In this document: piece after piece, positions 1 through 13,000 of the stretch | Layout: every line of letters starts with the position of its first letter | Position numbering within the stretch: position 1 is the stretch's first letter | Assembly: GCA_028534125.1 (NCBI GenBank) | Contig: CM052817.1 | Coordinates: 94,242,001-94,306,000, forward strand | DNA length: 64,000 nucleotides | Direction of reading: 5' to 3' | Source of the DNA: Lama glama | Lineage: Eukaryota | The notes under the pieces: model-generated | What the model was told of the DNA's origin: nothing | Database searches by the model: none | What the model saw: the letters and a program-made list of their open reading frames with translations, nothing else | Program-made: the position numbers and the translations under genes

Positions 1-526
1 CAAAGAGAAGCTCTTTCCCTGAATGTGAATCCTGGAATTAGACATATTTCTCCCCAGTCGGCTGGGAAGTAGAAAGAAATGAATGAATAGCAAAATAAAT
101 GGGGTGAAGAGCTGGCCTTGGCACACACAGCGCCACGGGCCTGTAGATACCACGTAAAAAAGTGGATCTCCTTGGAAGGTTGGCTTGGCTTAGCACTTAC
201 TATGGGGGAATAAAATCTGCTGCTTGTGTTAACATCTTCATTCCCAGTAGCCTTAAAACCAAAGAATGTTCAAGGCCAATGTTAACCATGGCTTTCCTCG
301 AGCCTCTGGAAGAAGGAGCCCTAATTCTCAGATGTCTTTGAGAAGAACCAGTTATTTTCTGTGTCAAGGTTGCCATTTAGGGAGAATGTATTTTAACGGA
401 CGTTGTCCTAGTTTATCCTATTTTCATGTGTTTAAACAAATTTATCTCCAGCCTTTCAAGTAGCTTTGTTTGAGAAACAATTCTTAAAACGGCGTAGACA
501 ATGATGGTCACGCTTGGATGTTGCAG

Positions 527-749
527 ATCCTGTGAAGCCTCCTGGCAACTCCTTACAAGCACCGGCTGATTTACCGTTAGCGATAAACACAGCACCGCCC
601 TCCGCCCAGGTGGATTCCTCCGCTGCTCCTCCTCCTCCGTATCAGCTAATCAGCCTTCCGCCACACCTGGAAACTCTTGGCATCCAGGAGGACCCTCAAG
701 ACTACCTCTTGCTCATCAACTGTCAAAGCAAGAAGCCTGAACCCCCCAG
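527..749 (+). CDS. GAB1: GAB1 coding exon (human exon 3 equivalent), (D)[10 protein letters not shown]...[15 protein letters not shown](R)
   Basis: ttgcag| acceptor, CAG|gtaaac donor; 223 nt; translation matches GAB1 just after the PH domain. Confidence 0.96.
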
Positions 750-1116
750 GTAAACCGCGTCCGTCTGCGCAAGTGCGCGCGCGTCCGTGCGCGCATATCT
801 TTAGGAAGCTCACCTTTAAACTTTTTTAACCCTCATTTGAAGGCTTAAAAGAAACCACCTATAGAAGCTTATATTTTAGGCGTATATTTCAGGTGTATGT
901 TCCCCGACTAATGATGTCTGATGTTCAGGAGATTTTATTAAAGAAACACGTTCTCTATAATTTTTGGCAGAGAACACTTGTACCTACAAGGCTCTTTTGG
1001 AAATGTGTCTCCTGTGTCATAGTCGTTGTTACAGACTCACAGTATTACTTGCTTAACAGATTTCACTGATTTATAAATGGTGATCTTGCTCCATTTCTTA
1101 TGTGATTGTAAACCAG

Positions 1117-1197
1117 CCAAGGGTCATCTTTTGTTTCTGAAGAAGGAGAGGAATATCTACTGCTAGAAGATTTTGAAAGCAAAACGATTCCATTGCA
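1117..1197 (+). CDS. GAB1: GAB1 81-nt in-frame cassette exon, (S)QGSSFVSEEGEEYLLLEDFESKTIPL(Q); likely the striated-muscle 27-aa insert
   Basis: aaccag| acceptor, GCA|gtgagt donor; phase 2-2 fits both flanking exons; no stop; size and position agree with the reported high-MW muscle Gab1 isoform. Confidence 0.85.
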
Positions 1198-4100
1198 GTG
1201 AGTGTGTTGTGGTTGCTTTGGATCTGTGTGAGAAATTAATCATGCAGGTAAAATCCCAGTATAGCAAATTCTATGGAATAAACCAATCGGGCATCAGTGA
1301 AATTTGATGAAGTCAAATATATTGCTAAAAACTACGAAACTTTTGAATCTTCATACCTAGCAATGAAGCAGACCTTACAACAAGACTTGACTTGACAGAT
1401 TTTTAAGTAGAACGGAGTATATGGATTTCCGTGATTACCAAGGCTATCCTAAAACCTTTCCCAGAGCCTGATTTACCTGTCATCTCCAGCTTTGCTTCCA
1501 TACCCCTCTCTTCTTTCAAGCTATAAGATATTTTAATCTGATCGTTCTTGTCATTTGATGTTGGCTAATTGGAAGGCTTAAATTAAAGTAATAGTGACAG
1601 TTGGAGTCAGAAATTAACTAGAAGATCTGTTTTACCATTAGCAGCTATGTGATAACTAGTGACATGGGTGTATTTATTATCTTAATTTGCAGTATGAAGG
1701 GCAGAGGTGAATTGCATTGAGAGGTGAAAGATTTTTTTTAAACAGATGTTAGATGGAGGCATTATTTTTATAACAAAAAAATTTTTTTCATGTAGAAAGT
1801 GACTGTTACTAGGCTCTGGGATCATACAAAACACTTGTTCAAAAATTTTTAAGTAGAATTGGTTAAGATCCACAAATTAGTTCCTGTAAACCATTCCCTG
1901 AGATAATGGAAACAGCTAACAAACCTTTCAAAGATGAGTTTCTATATATTTGTTGTAATGGGATTTTACCTGTAAGAGCAAAAAAAAAATTTTTTTTATA
2001 AATCAGCACCAGTTAATAATATCAAATTCTAACTTGATTTTTGCTTGTTTGCTGTGAGTATTTAAAATTATACACTTGCAACTTTGTTGCCTATGCTACT
2101 AACTAAGATTTTATTTTAGGGAGAGCCACAGTTATTTTTCCATATCAATTTTTCAAAAGCCAACAGCCAAGTAACAGTTTTCAGTACGTTTTCTTTTTAT
2201 ATAGTGTCTTTCATGGATCTCATTGGTATCACAGTTTTCCTGCTGTAGTAGAAATTATGATGTGGATCATTGCTCAGATATATTTTGTATCTATGTTTTG
2301 CAGCAGCAACAGTTAAATAGCAAATATTTATGAAGTACCCACTATGTGCCCACTGTTTTGTGGGTGCTATGAAGGTACAAACTTATTACATAAGGTACAG
2401 CCCCCTCCGATGCAGTCTCCTTGAGAGTTTATAAGTAAAGCTTGTGAAGAAGTCAAAACATGCAAGCATTAGGTATCTAGGGATGAAGGCAAGATATGAG
2501 CATTGCCTTGCAAACTCTTGTTCATTGTGCAAGACTCAGCTTAGACATCTGCTCCTCTGGAAGACATTCCCCCAAATTCCCAGGCCGGATTTAATGCTCT
2601 CTGGATTTTCATAGCACCCTGGTTGTGCCTCTATATCTCTGCTTTATCACAGAATTGGAAATAGCTTGATAATTGTATTTATTCTCCACCAACCCATAAG
2701 CTGATGTCAAGGCCAAGGAACTCAGTACTCATTGTACTTCTAGCTTCTCTTAACTTCATATTAGAATTAAATCAAGTGCAAATCTCAGAATATGTGTGAG
2801 AAGTTCCTAGGAAGAATAGTGCAAATGGTTTTGAAATGGAGGGTGAGCGGTCTCACAGGAGGAGTAGGATTTGAACCACACCTGGTTGGTGAGAGAAAAG
2901 GAGACTGTCATTAATAATTTACATCCAAATAGCTTGAGGGGCAGGGGAGGTGAGAACGAGAGTGACGGGAGGAGAGGCTGCCGGGAGAAAAGGTTTCCAC
3001 TTGGGGAGTGGTAGGACCTAAGATAGGAAGGTGGAACCAGGTTTTGATTGCCTCAGTGCCAGGTGGCATCGTTTGTGGGCTTTTTGTAGGTCCCACAGCC
3101 TGGAGGGACTCTCAAGAGGATTTTCTCTTGACTACGTGAGTGATATGAAATCATATTTTGAAAACACTGATCTTCCAGCAGTACTGGCTACATGGCTGGT
3201 ACCCAGGATAGATCGGAAGAGGGAGAAACGAGAAGAAATAAGTTCTCTGAGGAGGGGTCAGTGGTCTAGATCTCAGCAGAGACATGGACCTGAACCTGGG
3301 GTGGTGATGGTGGGAACAAAGCAGCATAGTAGGTACTTGGTTAGGAAAAAGGACTCTGTGCCCGAGGGATGGTAGAGATCAAAGTGAATGAGTAAAAGCT
3401 GAATTGGGTTTAGAGTGTAGAGAACCTACATTAAAGGCATTTCTTTTCATGGCAAGTCAGAGAGGGCAATCAGTTTGAGAAGTAAATTAAATTTGGTGCA
3501 CAGGAGCAAGGTAATACTGGGATAATCAAGTAGAAATATATTTGAACGGTTTGAAAATACAGGACTCGGAGTTTCATGAGAAGATGGGAGTTGTCAGCTT
3601 TCAGTAGAAGGTGAAGTTATGAGAAAGAAGGAGTTTTTAATGGTTTTTTTTTTAAATGATTTTTGTAAAGACTCACAGGACTGATTTCTGTTAGCCATTT
3701 CCAGGTGGAGAGACAGGAAGAAGGAGTCAGTCAATGAAATAAGGACATAGTCAGTGAGGGAGAAGGAAAATCAGGGCATTGACATCGCTGTGAGGGTTCT
3801 CTGGTACTAGAGGGGGAGAGGTCCAGGGAAGAGATGCAGTTACACAATGCCAGATGTTACCAAGAAATCAGGGAGATACGCCCTTAGAAAAACTATCACA
3901 AGTTATTATTTTTTTAATATTGAGTTTAAGGTCCTCCAGGGCTTTGGACAACATACGTAGGTAGTTAAGCTATCTTGTTTAGCATTAAGGAAGGATGCTT
4001 GTTCTGGTATTGGTAGCTTTGTTTTGGTTTATTCCCAAATTTTGTGATACCGCAACATACAGAGACTGAAAATGTACCAAAGTGTGAAATTTACTCTAAT

Positions 4101-4626
4101 GAGATTTCTCGAAGTTCATTCTTATTTGCAGTTGGCTAACTCTGTGGCTTGGATTTTGAACCTCTTTATAGTACTGGCTAAATATTTGTTAAAGAAAATT
4201 AGTAGAAAGGAAGGTATGCAAAACCTGTCGTGTTGCCACCTCCTTGGAGATTACGTTGAATTTATTCAGTACCAAGTAATCATTAGACTTTTTGTTTCAC
4301 AGAACAGTAAATTTGCGCAGGTGGGCAAAAGAGCAGTGGACCAACTTGGTAAACTGTTGGCCTGGGGTTTTGCATGCTCTTCAGAGGAAGTGCTTTCCTT
4401 GTGTCTGTGCCTGAATCATTTACCTTTCTACGAGTTTGGTACCTTTCTAATTCCAGTGCTTCAGGGATTGTGGTTTTATGTGTGGATTTACTAGGTGGGG
4501 TTGGGGGTGTGGGCAGGTACAGGACAGGAATTAGTGAGAATGCTTTCGGTTTTGTGGTGGCGGTTTTGTTACCTGGCATATAATCATAAAAAACTAAGGA
4601 ATATCCGTGCTTTAAATCAGATGGAT

Positions 4627-4630
<4 letters not shown>

Positions 4631-4660
<30 letters not shown>
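4631..4660. repeat. (CA)15 microsatellite
   Basis: direct read. Confidence 0.97.
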
Positions 4661-4663
<3 letters not shown>

Positions 4664-4772
4664 TAATGAAAAAGCCATGGATTTTGATTGCTAAGCTCCA
4701 AATATATCTATGCAAACGCAGGCTTATGTCCTCACCATGTTTTATCTTCTGTCATTAACTATTTTTATCTAG

Positions 4773-5374
4773 AACACACACTGATTCTGCCAAATCCACC
4801 TCTTCTGAGACAGACTGCAATGATAACGTCCCTTCTCATAAAAACCCTGCTTCCTCCCAGAGCAAACACGGAGTGAATGGCTTTTTCCAGCAGCAGATGA
4901 TGTATGACTCGCCACCGTCTCGCGCTGCATCTGTTTCTGTCGACTCCAGCCTTTATTACCTGCCCAGGAGTTACTCCCACGACGTTCTACCAAAGGCGTC
5001 TCCATCAAGTACCGAAGCCGATGGAGAACTCTATGTTTTTAATACCCCCTCGGGGACCTCCAGTGTAGAGACCCAGCTGAGGCACGTATCTATAAGTTAT
5101 GACATTCCTCCAACACCTGGTAATACTTATCAGATCCCACGAACATTTCCCGAAGGAACCTTGGGGCAGACGTCAAAGCTGGACACTATTCCAGATATTC
5201 CTCCACCTCGGCCACCGAAACCACACCCGGCTCATGACCGCTCTCCCGTGGAAGCGTGTAGCATCACACGCGCAGCCTCGGACACTGACGGTAGTTACTG
5301 TGTCCCTACGGCAGGGATGCCACCGTCACGTAGTAATACCATTTCCACTGTGGATTTGAACAAATTGCGAAAAG
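4773..5374 (+). CDS. GAB1: GAB1 coding exon 4 with YxxP motifs and the PPPRPPKP Grb2-SH3 site
   Basis: tctag| acceptor, AAG|gtcagc donor; 602 nt; THTDSAKS...VDLNKLRK. Confidence 0.97.
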
Positions 5375-6607
5375 GTCAGCTCCAGTTGGCTTCTGCCGTG
5401 TTAGAGGTTAACGATCGGGCAGCCATTGGTCCAAATATTTGTTCTTGTAAGCATAGCGTGACATGAAATGATAATCCCTTTTCTCTGCAGCTCTGCAGTT
5501 GCCCATTCACTTAGCAAAGATGTCAGAGTCCCATGGAAGTGTGGTTGTGCATGCAGCGTGTGTCCGTGTGCATGTTCTGCTGGAAGGGAGAAGGGGATGG
5601 AGTTATTCATCCCTGAAAAAGTGTGGCCTTAGGAATACCTTCCTGCCTCAGGAAGTGTGCACCCCCCTCTGTCACTTTCTCTCTCCTGGGTGGGCAGACC
5701 CGATGGGACAGAGGAGCAGGAAGTAGACCAGCCACAAAGCCTCTCCCAGGCATACCCTTTCCTGTATTTGTGTCCCGTTATGACCGCTTCTCTGTCACAT
5801 CTGCTGGGCTCCGTTTCCTTCCTTCTAAATTAGCAGTTTTTACGTTACGTCTACCAGCTGATATGCCACTCCAATCAAGTCATTCTGCTTTTTGTTTGTT
5901 TGGTTTTATTTATATTTAAAGCTCTGAATCTTCTCTTCCCAGACCCCTAGCCACTTTACTTATTCCTAGAGCCTTCACCATCTCCTAGAGCCAACCAAAA
6001 GTTGCAGACCTTGAGAGGAGAAAAATTGAGTTTGGGTTACACTCTGAGGTTCTTAAAGTCCTAAAACTAAAAAGCCAAAGTTTACAATGCACATACCCTA
6101 AAAACTGTGTGATACAACTTCTGTGTTTTGTGTTCGAGTTATCTGGCTGTTTTAAAGAAGGTAAAGATTTAATGTGTTGTGAATAGGACTTATATCAACA
6201 CTTATTTAGCTATTCATTACCAGTTTCTAACTTCTTGAAGTGGCTGTAATGTATGTTATAGTGGTTATAAGTTAGTGAGATGCAAATTAGACCCAAGGGT
6301 GCAAAAGATGAAAAAACGGAAGTATTTCTTTTCTCCATCTTTAGATAACCATTTCATCCCAGGCTTAGCTATTTACTCATTGTCATAATCAAATACTGGT
6401 ACTGGTTAGCATAAGAGGAAGTGTCTGCATTTTCTAGTGCTTCAATGTGTTAATGCGAGATACTACTCTGTGAGCATCCTTTTAAAAATCTGTATATGTG
6501 CATGTGTGCATATATGAAAACACAGAGAGAGAGAGAATGTCATTCCTGATTACCCTGAGAACTGGCAAAGATGGGAGGAAATGCTGACAGTTTATTCTCT
6601 GTTTTAG

Positions 6608-6693
6608 ATGCTAGTTCTCAAGATTGCTATGATATTCCACGAACATTTCCAAGTGACAGATCTAGTTCACTTGAAGGCTTCCATAACCACTTT
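6608..6693 (+). CDS. GAB1: GAB1 coding exon 5, (D)[10 protein letters not shown]...FHNHF
   Basis: ttttag| acceptor, TTT|gtaagt donor; 86 nt. Confidence 0.96.
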
Positions 6694-6884
6694 GTAAGTA
6701 TAATTGACCTTAACATCATCAAGTGTGTTTCACTGTCAGGATCCTCACACTTAGCGCTCTGAGACTAAAATGAGATCCTGGAATAAAAGTCCCTTCAGCC
6801 CCATGTGAATAAGCATGACCGACAACTGTGTTTTCCTGTTGACAATAGTTTTCGTTTATTAAAAGAAATGTATGTGTGTTTTAG

Positions 6885-7188
6885 AAAATCAAAAACGTAT
6901 TGACGGTGGGAAGCGTCTCAAGTGAAGAACTGGATGAAAATTACGTCCCCATGAATCCCAACTCTCCTCCACGGCAACATTCCAGCAGCTTCACAGAACC
7001 AATTCAGGAAGCAAATTATGTGCCAATGACTCCAGGGACATTTGACTTTTCTTCATTTGGAATGCAAGTTCCACCTCCTGCTCACATGGGCTTCAGGTCC
7101 AGCCCAAAGACCCCTCCCAGGAGACCAGTTCCTGTTGCAGACTGTGAACCACCTCCCGTGGATCGGAACCTCAAGCCAGACAGAAAAG
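6885..7188 (+). CDS. GAB1: GAB1 coding exon 6 with two YVPM p85 sites, the Met-binding segment [13 protein letters not shown] and the PPVDRNLKP Grb2 site
   Basis: ttttag| acceptor, AAG|gtatgg donor; 304 nt. Confidence 0.97.
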
Positions 7189-9926
7189 GTATGGGGGTTG
7201 TGGCACGGTAAAAGGGTCGGGGGCTGCCAGTTTAGATCTGCATTTAACTCTCGTTAAATCCAAAACAGAATCGGCACTAGAAATTGGGAAGTATTTTCTA
7301 TTACCTTAGTTACCAACTTGTTTAAGTAAAATGGTATTGCTACTTAGATATTATTAATTATTATGTCATATGTTGATGCCAAGGTGAGATTTTTCAGTCT
7401 CCTATCTCTAGAGCAGAGGTTACCAACTAACATATTCCCAAGGATTGGCAAGCAACAGGAGATAATTAAGAGGAACTGGAATGCCCTTGCCCCATCCAAA
7501 TGGGGTAACTACTGCCTGGCTACAGTCCTTTGTGGACTTGTGAAAATAACGTGGGCCCCTAAAGGAAAACTCTTCTGATTATCAAAAGAAGTCAAAAATA
7601 CAGAGTTTTATATGTATAGCCTTTTGATTTTTAAGTTCTGCCAGCTAATTTAGTTATTTAAAACAAAGCAAAGCAAAGCATTGTAGACCATACCAAACAT
7701 TTTTACAAGCCAAATATGGCCTTTGGCTGTTATTTTGTAACCTCTTCTCCAGGGTATGTGATGTCAAATCAGACTCGAGGTTATTAATGCACTTGACATG
7801 GTTCTTTAAGAGCAGTAAGATTTGCTTGGATTCTCTCCCCATTCTGTCTGTATAACAACTTCTCAAAAATGATTCTGCCTTTGCTGGGGTATAAACAAAT
7901 GCTTCTCGTCTATTCTTTCATGCTGGCCTTCATAAGTACCATTAAATTCTAAGGTAGCATGGTTCGTTAAGAACTCAGTGTAAAAGAAAATTTTCAGCCA
8001 AATTGGTAATATGGACCCAAGTTTTCAAAATTTGCGTTTGAGTGGTTAAAACCCGGACAGCCAGCTGTGTGGTAGCATGCTGTGACTGTGGTTTAATCTC
8101 GACAACCAAGTAAGTTAATATATTGGCTGTGGGATGCGTGGCACAATTTCCGGGGAATTCAGCACATTTGAAAGATCTCATGTGCTAGATGTAGCTTTTT
8201 TTAAAAGCATGTAATGTTTGTGTAAATTTCTCATTAACCTGGGCTGGGATCATTTCTATTAACCTAATTAAGTTCCTGTTGTAGGGGACAGTGACAGAGA
8301 CTCACTCTTAAGAAAATGAGTTTTGTTTTACTTTTAAGTAAGTAAGTGAAAAGAGAACGTTATTGGGAACTGAGCCGCTCCTCTGGGGCTGTCACTTTGT
8401 CCGGCTCACTCTGCTTCTGTCCTCTGGGAAGTTTTTGATTCTACTTGGTTCAGTCTTACCTTCTCCCCTTCTTTGCTGTTTTCTTTTCCTCCGTATCCTC
8501 TACTTGACATGGTTTCTGCTTTCAGAGAGCGCTGGCCTCCAGCGCCCCGCTGTGGCTTAGATCCCACCTCCTGGCTGCTTTTTATGGGCCCTCGCAGCTT
8601 CCACACCTGCTGTGGACCACCGCATTCATCATCCGCTCACTTCAGATTGGTCAGAGAGACTTGGTCTCATGTGTCTTGCCACACCAGGCCGCGTCATGGA
8701 CGGTGGGCCAGCCCATCGACGGGCTGTCGTTGGGTCACACACCCCCTTCTGGTCCCACAGCTGGAAAGATGGTTGCATGTCACACCACTGGCCACCTAAG
8801 TGGCCCCGGCAGCAGGGCCCTGATCAGGGTTGGTTATTTCAGAAAGGGTGTGAGCATCCCAGGCTTTTCCATTGATCACGTTTCCTCTCGTTTCTCTTTA
8901 TCCTCATTTGTTTTTAAATCTATTTAGGCCTCATTAGTCATTTTTTCGTTTGCATACACTATGCCAAAGTATGTTTGGACATGTGTAGATTTATCATAGA
9001 GCCCCCAGGTTGTAGGAGGGTTAAGATTCAAGTGTCCTGAACTCTGTGAAACATTGAAATCTTCATTTTAATGCTAAACGGATTCTTCTCTTATTTTCCC
9101 GTAATGAGTACGTTAGCAGCAGGTCACTGGTTTTTAACACAAAACATAACAGTTTTCTATCTGGATGTCCCACGTGAGTATGGAGGTGGTCTGATCTGGG
9201 TGAGGCACGAAGCTCTGAGTCCCTCCAGCTTTGCTCCTTTGCCTGCTACTTCTTTCCATCAGGCTCTGCAGAACACAGTTTGAAAATTCCCAGTGTAGTT
9301 CACTGTGAACGGTTCCATGTGGTAAGCACAATGCAGAATCAGAAAAGAGCCCTATTTGTATGTTAGAAAAGTTTTGGGATCATAATGATATGCTTTTAGT
9401 ATCATCTAGGTCTGACAGAGTTCATATGCCCTGTATTATAATATATATTATCTTATGTCTATATCATAATATGGCATGTATACTACAGGTTATATGTATT
9501 GCATATATATATATAATTATACCTCCCTATGACTATAGTGAAAGTATATATATTCTAGTACATGAGAGATTAATTGTCCTCATCCTCTAAACCAACCTAA
9601 GGTGACTTTACTGTAGAACAGAGCCAAGTAGGTTCCTTGGTTACTTTTGGAGATTCTCCTCAGTCTTTTAAGAACTAACTGAACTGTTGAAAGACAGTTC
9701 TGAGCTCATGGGCCAGATTACTGGTTTTGTATCTCCGTTTAGATACAGAAAGAACTGAGAAAGTACCCAGAATAAAATACCTCCATAGTTTTGGACAAAA
9801 TCAAGAATAGGTTTAGCAAAATAGTAAAGAGTTTACTAGTCATAGTAATTTTTTTTTAAATTTTTGTTTTTCTTTAGTACTACTCTACTTTTTAAAATAA
9901 ATATGATACAATAAAGGAGGCTTGAG

Positions 9927-10072
9927 TAGGGCAGGATATAGCTCAAGTGGTAGAGCACATGCTTAAGATGCATGAGGTCTTGGGTTCAATCCCTGGTACC
10001 TCCATTGAAATAAATAAATAAATAACCTAATTACCACCCCCAAAAAAAACTGAAAAAAAAAAAGAGAAGAAG
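9927..10072 (+). mobile_element. tRNA(Ala)-derived SINE (Vic-1-like)
   Basis: A box tagctcaagtgg, B box ggttcaatcc, A-rich tail; 14-bp TSD aaaggaggcttgag at 9913-9926 and 10073-10086. Confidence 0.9.
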
Positions 10073-13000
10073 AAAGGAGGCTTGAGAAAGTTTTTAATAG
10101 TGCAGTACAAACTCACTTTAGGAAGTTACAGCTATTCCAGAAAAATAAATTATAAAACCCAAATTCAGATCCTAGCGGAAAGTTTATCCTTAAAAAATTA
10201 ATCTGTAAAAATAGACGTCTTATTTGGTCATGAAATTCTTCTTATGCATAGCATCTGATGAGTCTGTTTTAATTTCAAATCTTGTGACATCAGATACATG
10301 ACTCAATCTATTATTCTAGTGTCTCTTATTAACTAAACCTCATAATAAGCAAACCTAGTTCTATAATATATGGCTTGATTAGTTTCAAAACGCAGTGTAA
10401 CTAGTTCAACACCCAGTATAACCAATTTCTGTGACTGTCTTCTTTGGAAGGGTCTACAGTAAATGAGTGACATTCTAGTCTTGTTTATACCCCCAATTAT
10501 AGATGTCAGCTGCTGCAGTTACTAGTACAGATGAGTTTTTCGAATACTTTCGAGTAATTGAAGCTGCAGAAATACACAGATGTTTTGAACACTTACATTG
10601 AATGTATTTTTATGGACCGTTTACCCATCGCCCAACGGTGGTGGCTATATTTTAACCCATACTACGACTGTCACAACAGTATTTGTTCTGAACCAAGTTT
10701 TGTGAATATTCGTATAGGGGAAAAACGTAATTTATTTGTGTTGTATTAAATATTAGGAAAGCAAATGAGTCATTGCAAGTGCAGGACAAATTCTGTTCTG
10801 ATTTCTTTAATGGAAGAGTACTTATGTAAAGTTTGGGAAATTTCTATAAGATATGGTGCCTTCTGTAAAAATAAGTCCTTACAGAAATCTACTAGATTTA
10901 ATCCCTGCACTTAACTAGGCCCGTTCAGTCTGTTTCTAACATGATAGAACAGCTGTTCAAGCCTCAAATATGCTGTCTTTATATTTTGTTTGGCCTCGTC
11001 CATTCATGGCTTTCTGCAGTAGTTCTGACCATCAGCTATTGTACTGGATTTTAAAGGGCAGTGCAAGGTTCCTTCTGGTGCTTTTGTACATCAGTTTGGT
11101 TAAAGAATCTTCAGGTCTGGATCTTCCCTTGGGTGTAAGAAGCACCCAGAAGACCACTCTAGGAATTTCCTTTGGTGGATCTCAGTGATACCTTTTTAGC
11201 TTGGCTCTGAGCATTTTTTCAAGAGCTCTTCTAAAGCAGTGTTTTGGATGTGACTAAAAATTAACATGCTTTTTTAAAAATTACTTTTATACTACAACAA
11301 ATGTTGGGAAGATGGAAAAGTGATACCAGTAAATGCAACTAGATTTTAATAAATAAATATTAAAGTCAGGTTTTTGGTTTGGTGTTACAGTTTAAAGGAA
11401 ATGAGTCCAGAGTGCATTTTTATAGGATAGCGTCTACATGCAGGGTTTTGTTTTTTTTCCTAAATATTCCTGCACTTCCAATATAACTATCATGAGTATA
11501 GCCCCCTTTGTACAGTGAGACCATTAAAATAAGCATAAAGGTTTTTCAGCATGCTACCTTGATTACTTCTTGGAATTAGCAGAGGGTAATGTTGTGACTT
11601 ATTTTTCTTCTTTCTTGATTTTTGAGGTGCCTACTGGAAATAATAGCGTCATCTGTGAAACTTCAGATGAGTAACTAATTTAGGCTAACTTAAACCTATA
11701 GTGATAGAGGAAATAAATTTTCCACTTTGAGTTGAATATTTATAAGTAGTACCTGTTAAAATAATACTTAACAGAGTATGGACTTTTCGAAAAGGACTGC
11801 ATCTGCTTTTTGAAGCATGAGCTCGTGACTGCCTTGACCATATTTGGAATGATCAACTTTTGGAACAATATTCAGTGCCTTTTTTTTTTCTCTCTCTCTC
11901 TTCAAAGGCAAACAAAAAAGTATGAGATTGGTCAGCTTAAACACCACCAGCTTTAAGAGAACTGCAGTTCACCCAAACTGGCTGCAGTGCCTGTCAGTTA
12001 TAGGATGTACCCTCTGATAGGTCTTGAGTTTCAAAACACAAAGAAGAAAATGTAGCTTCCCTGAAGAAGCTCACTGTTGAGTGGAGGAGGTAGAAAAGTA
12101 AACACATTATCATAATTAGCATGGAAGGGGCTGTGGCTGAGGTAAGCTCTTGGCACTGTTCACTAACTCCTCTGTCTGAGAGGATGAGTGGCAATTAAGT
12201 GATGGTGGAGGATCTCCTGGTCAGAATAAGCAGCATACTCTAGTCCTTTTGAAAAGGGGGGGAGATGGGACTGTGGCTCCATCTTGGGTGGGAGGGAGGA
12301 AAGTATGAAAGCAGGAACCAATGCCAAATGCCTCGCAGGTGTCTGATCCTGGGCGAGTTGTAAGCCATGCTAATGAGTGTGGGCTTTATTCTGAACACAC
12401 TATTAAAGGGCTCATACAGGCAGGCAACATAATCAGGTTGGCCCCCTACAAAGCTCATTCTAACATTTAAGGATACTATAGGAAGAAAATCGTATCCTTT
12501 CATGTAAAATGTTCTAAAACCACACTTTTGTCCAGCATCTTCCTCAAAGAGTGCTTTGCCCTGTTTTCCAAATCCAGGGTTCTTGAAGCCTTGCTTTAGA
12601 GCGGATCAGACGGAAAGGCATAACAGAAGTCCCTTTCCTGGCTCTCAGTTGCTCCTTCAACTTGGGGACCTAGAGTGATGTTTACAAGTTTTGAGGGCAC
12701 TTGGAGGAGAGGTAGATGTCATTTAGCCAGACAGTGTGAATTCGTCACTTTTAGAAAAACAAATCAGGTAAGTGAAGTGCACATTAAAAAAGGAAGGAAG
12801 GATTTCAGGCTTGCAGGTTATTAAATTTTCTTGGAGGATTGAAAACAAGTTATTGTCATTATAAATAGAAAGTAAAATTGATAATAGGTTGGCGAGAAAG
12901 TGGAATCTAGAATAACTCCTCTGAAAGATCTGCTATGGCAACTGGAGGTATAGGAAACAAAGCAGGTCTGTGGTGGGTCGAAGAGGATAAATTCTGTTTT

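Noticed and set aside
4072..4758. Cluster of ORFs up to 140 aa on both strands
   Set aside because: Intronic, several run through a CA microsatellite, no domain or splice support
5375..5466. ORF-track extensions of GAB1 and SMARCA5 exons past the homologous region
   Set aside because: Read-through beyond clear GT donors into introns
8538..8558. CTCF-like sequence cagcgccccgctgtgg (and one near 29625)
   Set aside because: Mismatch or gap in the central AG of the core
9927..10005. tRNA-Ala gene (also at 24631, 35908, 45096)
   Set aside because: A-rich tails, TSDs and stem mismatches identify these as SINE copies
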